NCBI GenBank assembly: GCA_009914755.4
Contig: CP086569.2
Coordinates: 61,088,001 to 61,152,000, forward strand
Length of the DNA: 64,000 nt
Direction: 5' to 3'
DNA from: the human T2T-CHM13v2.0 reference genome, Homo sapiens
Under the pieces are notes generated by a model that saw only the letters and a program-made list of their open reading frames with translations, was not told the origin of the DNA and did not search any database. Position 1 is the first letter of the stretch, and every line of letters begins with the position of its first letter. This document shows positions 56,273 through 64,000 of the stretch, one piece after another. A program made the translations under genes and the position numbers.

Positions 56273-57504
56273 ATATTTTTTAAATGAAAAAAAATTTCAA
56301 AGGTACTCTGCTTGGTACAATAATCAAATGTATAAACTGAGGAATAAAACATAACCATGAAACCTACTTATAACTGCATACGGAAAATACAGAGGATAAT
56401 TTTTTAAAGAACATATTTTGAAAGCCTTAACTAGTAATTTGAAGAGTTGGCATTTGAAAGGCCAGTATGAATATACCTTCAAAGCAGCAACACAGGTTCC
56501 CCATGAGAAAAAGCAAACTCAGGGAAAATAAAACCACAAAGGTTCAATCTCTTCTGACCTTTGAAAGACACAGCACAGACAGTGGTCCTTAGGACGAAGA
56601 GCAGGAGACCCCTAATTCCGTCACCATGGCGATAGGGCATAAACATTGCTGGGTGAGGGCACAATCCACATTGTGAGGTCCAACTGCTGCCAGGAAGACA
56701 GGAGTGCTTTTACATAGACCGAAAGGTCATTGAAGGCTCAGAGTTTTGTTTCAAGAACTGAATCCCAAGCCCACACGTTATTAGGCTGCGCTTCTTAAAA
56801 CAAGTTATGAGATGGGAAAAAGGGCACCCACAAATATACGTATACATTATGTATATAATAGTATACAGTATCATATATATAATATATATAACCTATGTAT
56901 AATATTGTTTTACATCCTGCATCTTATATTATATATATTGTATAAAATATAATAATTGATAATATATAAGTTTTATATTTATACAATATGACATATAGTA
57001 TATATTATAATTTATGACATATATTATGTATGTTATATATCATATATAGAATATATTATACGGTTAATATACGTATTAAATATGAATTATACATTATATA
57101 TATTATATATAATATATCTGTTATATATAATACTCATTATGCATAATATATATATTATGTCTATGTTATATATAGTATAAAACAACATATAATAATATAT
57201 AATTGCATATATATAATGCGACATATAATATATATTATATTTTATGACATATGGAGTATATATTATATATTATATATAATACGTTGTATGTATAATACCT
57301 ATATTAAATATATATTATATGACTATGTTATTAATTACATGTCACATATGTTATATATTATATATTTTACATAGAATATACCGGTTACATACAATATATA
57401 CTATGTTACCTATAATGTATAATTTATTACATGTAAAATAAAGAATGCAATATATTATGTATAATTTATAATATACAATATGTGGAATGTGATATATATA
57501 ACAT

Positions 57505-57782
57505 AATCCCAGCAAATTTGGAGGCCAAGGCAAGGGGATCACAAGGTGAAGAGATCAAGACCATCCTGGCCAATACAGTGAAACGCTGTCACTACTAAAA
57601 ATCCAAAAAATTAGCTAGGCATGGTGGCAGCTGGTGGAGTCCCAGTGTGGTGTAGTCCCAGCTACCTGGGAGGCTGAGGGAGGACAATCGCTTGGACCCA
57701 TGAGGCAGATGTTGCAGTGAGCAAAGATGGTGCCATTGTACCCCACCCTGTGCAACAGGACAAGACTCTGTCTAAAAAAAAA
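57505..57782 (+). mobile_element. Alu copy in sense orientation at the inversion junction, truncated by ~20 bp at its 5' end
   Basis: Begins mid-element at aatcccagcaaatttggaggccaagg and ends with a poly-A at 57774-57782. Confidence 0.88.
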
Positions 57783-59902
57783 TTATATATGATATATATT
57801 ACATGTTATGTGCTATGCCTTATATGTAACATATAACCTCATATATTTTATGTCATAGTATATAATATTTATCCTGTGTCATCTTATATATACTGTATAT
57901 ATTACATAAAATATATAATATATGATACATATTATACATCTTATATATGAAATTATATAATTATAGATAACTTAATACACATTTATATGTATTATGATAT
58001 ATAACAAAGGTACTATATCATATATGATATATAATATATATATTTGTAGTACATATTATAATTTTTATATATTATAATTTATATAATGATATAATTTTTT
58101 ATAGAATATAAATAATTATATATGATTATATATTTCTACATATTATAAATGAAAATATGTAGAATTACATGTTTATCTAGTTATATGTTTAATAATATAA
58201 TTATATATATAGTTATATATATCACATAATAGACAACATACATATTATATAATGTGTAATATATATTATAGAATGTATGATACATGATATATATGATATT
58301 TAATATGACATAATATAATCTATATTATAATATTATGTATGTTACTTATATTGGGTGATATGTAATATATATTAAGTAATATGAAATAATATAATATATA
58401 TTATATTATGATATTTTATGTAAATTATGTTATAAAAGTATATATAACATAATATATAGTTACATATAATATATTATATAGTTATATATATTATATTACA
58501 TATTTACATAAAATATTATACAGTTATATATAATTTCAAATAGTTATATATAACAGAATATAAAACATAGAGAATACATATCATAAAATATATATTGTAT
58601 ATCATATATATTAGGTATCATATATTGTATGTTATATATCATATACTGTATATCATATATCATATATTATATGTTATATATATCACATTCCACATATTGT
58701 ATATTATAAAATATACATAATATATTGCTTTCTTTATTTTACATGTAATAAATTATACATTATAGGTAACATAGTATATATTGTATGTAACCGGTATATT
58801 CTATGTAAAATATATAATATATAACATATGTGACATGTAATTAATAACATAGTCATATAATATATATTTAATATAGGTATTATACATACAACGTATTATA
58901 TATAATATATAATATATATTACATATGTCATAAAATATAATATATATTATATGTCGCATTTTATATATACAATTATATATTATTATATGTTGTTTTATAC
59001 TATATATAACATAGATATAATATATATATTATGCATAATGTGTATTATATATAGCAGATATATTATATATAATATATATAATGTATAATTTATATTTAAT
59101 ACGTATATTAACCGTATAATATATTCTATATATGATATATAACATATATTATATATGTCATAAATTATAATATATACTAGATGTCATATTGTATAAATAT
59201 AAAACTTATATATTATCAATTATTATATTTTATACAATATATATAATATAAGATGCAGGATGTAAAACAATATTATACATAGGTTATATATATTATATAT
59301 ATGATACTGTATATTATTATATACATAATGTATACGTATGTTTGTGGGTGCCCTTTTTCCCATCTCATAACTTGTTTTAAGAAGCGCAGCCTAATAACGT
59401 GTGGGCTTGGGATTCAGTTCTTGAAACAAAACTCTGAGCCTTCAATGACCTTTCGGTCTATGTAAAAGCACTCCTGTCTTCCTGGCAGCAGTTGGACCTC
59501 ACAATGTGGATTGTGCCCTCACCCAGCAATTTTTATGCCCTATCGCCATGGTGACGGAATTAGGGGTCTCCTGCTCTTCGTCCTAAGGACCACTGTCTGT
59601 GCTGTGTCTTTCAAAGGTCAGAAGAGATTGAACCTTTGTGGTTTTATTTTCCCTGAGTTTGCTTTTTCTCATGGGGAACCTGTGTTGCTGCTTTGAAGGT
59701 ATATTCATACTGGCCTTTCAAATGCCAACTCTTCAAATTACTAGTTAAGTCTTTCAAAATATGTTATTTAAAAAATTATCCTCTGTATTTTCCATATGCA
59801 GTTATAAGTAGGTTTCATGGTTATGTTTTATTCCTCAGTTTATACATTTGATTATTGTACCAAGCAGAGTACCTTTGAAATTTTTTTTCATTTAAAAAAT
59901 AT

Positions 59903-60200
59903 GGATCTTGGCTCAGACCTGTAATCCCAGCAAATTTGGAGGCCAAGGCAAGGGGATCACAAGGTGAAGAGATCAAGACCATCCTGGCCAATACAGTGAA
60001 ACGCTGTCACTACTAAAAATCCAAAAAATTAGCTAGGCATGGTGGCAGCTGTTGTAGTCCCAGTGTGGTGTAGTCCCAGCTACCGGGGAGGCTGAGGGAG
60101 GACAATCGCTAGGACCCGTGAGGCAGATGTTGCAGTGAGCAAAGATGGCGCCATTGTACTCCACCCTGTGCAACAGGACAAGACTCTGTCTAAAAAAAAA
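59903..60200 (+). mobile_element. Alu copy, inverted unit 2 (sense on +)
   Basis: ggatcttggctcagacctgtaatcccagc...ctctgtctaaaaaaaaa. Confidence 0.9.
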
Positions 60201-62322
60201 TTATATATGATATATATTACATGTTATGTGCTATGCCTTATATGTAACATATAACCTCATATATTTTATATGTCATAGTATATAATATTTATCCTGTGTC
60301 AGCTTATATATACTATATATATTACATAACATATATAATAAATAATGCATATTATACATCTTATATATGAAATTATATAATTATAGATAACATAATACAC
60401 ATTTATATGTATTATGATATATAACAAAGGTACTATATCATATATGATATATAATATATATGTTTGTAGTACATATTATAATTTTTATATATTATAATTT
60501 ATATAATGATATAATTTTTTATAGAATATAAATAATTATATATGATTATATAATTCTATATATTATAAATGAAAATATGTAGAATTACATGTTTATCTAG
60601 TTATATGTATAATAATATAATTATATATGTAGTTATATATATCACATAATAGACAACATACATATTATATAATGTATAATATATATTATAGAATATATGA
60701 TACATGATATATATGATATTTAATGTAACATAATATAATCTATATTATAATATTATGTATGTTACTTATATTGGGTGATATGTAATATATATTATGTAAT
60801 ATGAAATAATATAATATATATTATATTATGATATTTTATGTAAATTATGTTATAAAAGTATATATAACATAATATATAGTTATATATAATATATTATAAA
60901 GTTATATATATTATATTACATATTTACCTAAAATATTATACAGTTATATATAATTTCAAACAGTTATATATAACAGAATATATAACATATAGAATACATA
61001 TCATAAAATATATATTGTATATCATATATATTAGGTATCATATATTGTATGTTATATATCATATACTCTATATCATATATCATATATTATATGTTATATA
61101 TATCACATTCCACATATTGTATATTATAAATTATACATAATATATTGCATTCTTTATTTTACATGTAATAAATTATACATTATAGGTAACATAGTATATA
61201 TTGTATGTAACCGGTATATTCTATGTAAAATAAATAATATATAACACATGTGACATGTAATTAATAACATAGTCATGTAATATATATTTAATATAGGTAT
61301 TATACATACAACGTATTATATATAATATATAATGTATATTACATATGTCATAAAATATAATATATATTATATGTCGCATTTTATATATACAATTATATAT
61401 TATTATATGTTGTTTTATACTATATATAACATAGACATAATATATATATTATGCATAATGGGTATTATATATAACAGATATATTATATATAATATATATA
61501 ATGCATAATTTATATTTAATACGTATATTAACCGTATAATATATTCTATATATGATATATAACATATATTATATATGTCATAAATTATAATATATACTAT
61601 ATGTTATATTGAATAAATATAAAACTTATATATTATCAATTATTATATTTTATGCAATATATATAACATAAGATTCAGGATGTAAAACAATATTATACAT
61701 AGGTTATATATATTATATATATGATACTGTATATTATTATATACATAATGTATACGTATGTTTGTGGGTGCCCTTTTTCCCATCTCATAACTTGTTTTAA
61801 GAAGCGCAGCCTAATAACGTGTGGGCTTGGGATTCAGTTCTTGAAACAAAACTCTGAGCCTTCAATGACCTTTCGGTCTATGTAAAAGCACTCCTGTCTT
61901 CCTGGCAGCAGTTGGACCTCACAATGTGGATTGTGCCCTCACCCAGCAATGTTTATGCCCTATCGCCATGGTGACGGAATTAGGGGTCTCCTGCTCTTCG
62001 TCCTAAGGACCACTGTCTGTGCTGTGTCTTTCAAAGGTCAGAAGAGATTGAACCTTTGTGGTTTTATTTTCCCTGAGTTTGCTTTTTCTCATGGGGAACC
62101 GGTGTTGCTGCTTTGAAGGTATATTCATACTGGCCTTTCAAATGCCAACTCTTCAAATTACTAGTTAAGGCTTTCAAAATATGTTATTTAAAAAATTATC
62201 CTCTGTATTTTCCATATGCAGTTATAAGTAGGTTTCATGGTTATGTTTTATTCCTCAGTTTATACATTTGATTATTGTACCAAGCAGAGTACCTTTGAAA
62301 TTTTTTTTCATTTAAAAAATAT

Positions 62323-62620
62323 GGATCTTGGCTCAGGCCTGTAATCCCAGCAAATTTGGAGGCCAAGGCAAGGGGATCACAAGGTGAATAGATCAAGACC
62401 ATCCTGGCCAATACAGTGAAAGGCTGTCACTACTAAATATCCAAAAAATTAGCTAGGCATGGTGGCAGCTGGTGTAGTCCCAGTGTGGTGTAGTCCCAGC
62501 TACCTGGGAGGCTGAGGGAGGACAATCGCTTGGACACGTGAGGCAGATGTTGCAGTGAGCAAAGATGGCGCCATTGTACCCCACCCTGTGCAAGAGGACA
62601 AGATTCTGTCTAAAAAAAAA
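62323..62620 (+). mobile_element. Alu copy, inverted unit 3 (sense on +)
   Basis: ggatcttggctcaggcctgtaatcccagc...ttctgtctaaaaaaaaa. Confidence 0.9.
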
Positions 62621-64000
62621 TTATATATGATATATATTACATGTTATGTGCTATGCCTTATATGTAACATATAACCTCATATATTTTATATGTCATAGTA
62701 TATAATATTTATCCTGTGTCATCTTATATATACTATATATATTACATAACATATATAATATATGATACATATTATACATCTTATATATGAAATTATATAA
62801 TTATAGATAACATAATACACATTTATATGTATTATGATATATAACAAAGGTACTATATCATATATGATATATAATATATATATTTGTAGTACATATTACA
62901 ATTTTTATATATTATAATTTATATAATGATATAATTTTTATAGAATATAAATAATTATATATGATTATATAATTCTATATATTATAAATGAAAATATGTA
63001 GAATTACATGTTTATCTAGTTATATGTATAATAATATAATTATATATATAGTTATATATATCACATAATAGACAACATACATATTATATAATGTATAATT
63101 TATATTATAGAATATATGATACATGATATATATGATATATAATATAACATAATACAATCTATATTATAATATTATGTATGTTACTTATATTGGGTGATAT
63201 GTAATATATATTATGTAATATGAAATAATATAATATATATTATATTATGATATTTTATGTAAATTATGTTATAAAAGTGTATATAACATAATATATAGTT
63301 ATATATAATATATTATATAGTTATATATATTATATTACATATTTACATAAAATATTATACAGTTATATATAATTTCAAATAGTTACATATAACAGAATAT
63401 AAAACATATAGAATACATATCATAAAATATATATTGTATACCATATATATTAGGTATCATATATTGTATGTTATATATCATATACTCTATATCATATATC
63501 ATATATTATATGTTATATATATCACATTCCACATATTGTACATTATGAATTATACATAATATATTGCATTCTTTATTTTACATGTAATAAATTATACATT
63601 ATAAGTAACATAGTATATATTGTATGTAACCCGTATATTCTATGTAGAATATATAATATATAACACATGTGACATGTAATTAATAACATAGTCATATAAT
63701 ATATATTTAATATAGGTATTATACATACAACGTATTATATATAATATATAATATATATTACATATGTCATAAAATATAATATATATTATATGTCGCATTT
63801 TATATATACAATTATATATTATTATATGTTGTTTTATACTATATATAACATAGACATAATATATATATTATGCATAATGGGTATTATATATAACATATAT
63901 ATTATATATAATATATATAATGCATAATTTATATTTAATACGTATATTAACCGTATAATATATTCTATATATGATATATAACATATATTATATATGTCAT

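Larger units (their letters stand above)
57504..64000. repeat. Inverted (reverse-complement) run of the same 2.42-kb macrosatellite unit, about 2.7 copies, continuing past the right edge of the window
   Basis: The Alu is now in sense orientation (aatcccagcaaatttggaggcc...ctgtctaaaaaaaaa). The 61-aa ORF appears on the + strand at 59511 and 61931, a 2420-bp period. The AT-rich and unique segments read as the reverse complement of the forward units. Confidence 0.95.

Noticed and set aside
57440-57570. A perfect palindrome or hairpin centre at the orientation switch
   Set aside because: The two arms break at different positions within the unit: mid AT-segment on the left, ~20 bp inside the Alu on the right. 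The junction is therefore an asymmetric inversion breakpoint, not a symmetric palindrome centre. The large-scale inverted homology remains.

Overview
This window is not a prokaryotic gene region. It is a eukaryotic tandem macrosatellite, certainly primate and human-like, because every repeat unit carries an old, CpG-decayed, full-length Alu SINE. The unit is about 2,416-2,422 bp and has three parts: (i) a ~298-bp Alu, antisense on the + strand in the forward array, running from its poly-T to ...ggcctgagccaagatcc; (ii) ~570 bp of unique, moderate-GC sequence that holds the recurring 61-aa ORF on the - strand; (iii) ~1.55 kb of extremely AT-rich, TA-dinucleotide-like low-complexity sequence. From 1 to about 57,504 there are about 23.8 head-to-tail copies: a partial unit at the left edge, 23 complete units, then a unit truncated inside its AT-rich part. 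Near 57,504/57,505 the array flips abruptly. About 2.7 further copies follow in reverse-complement orientation, with the Alu now sense on the + strand, through the right edge of the window, so the array continues past both edges. Copies are roughly 97-99% identical and are arranged as a mosaic of higher-order duplications, with shifts of 4,837, 7,253, 16,930 and 26,598 bp, which indicates recent unequal crossing-over or gene conversion. All ORFs in the supplied track are repeat-copy artefacts. The 61-aa and 71-aa ORFs sit in the unique segment and read into the Alu (61-aa ORF). The 63-74-aa ORFs lie in TA-rich sequence. I see no credible protein-coding gene, RNA gene, CRISPR array or bacterial mobile element. 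The most notable structural feature is the inversion junction, which creates a large imperfect palindrome of AT-rich macrosatellite units. It could also be an assembly artefact.
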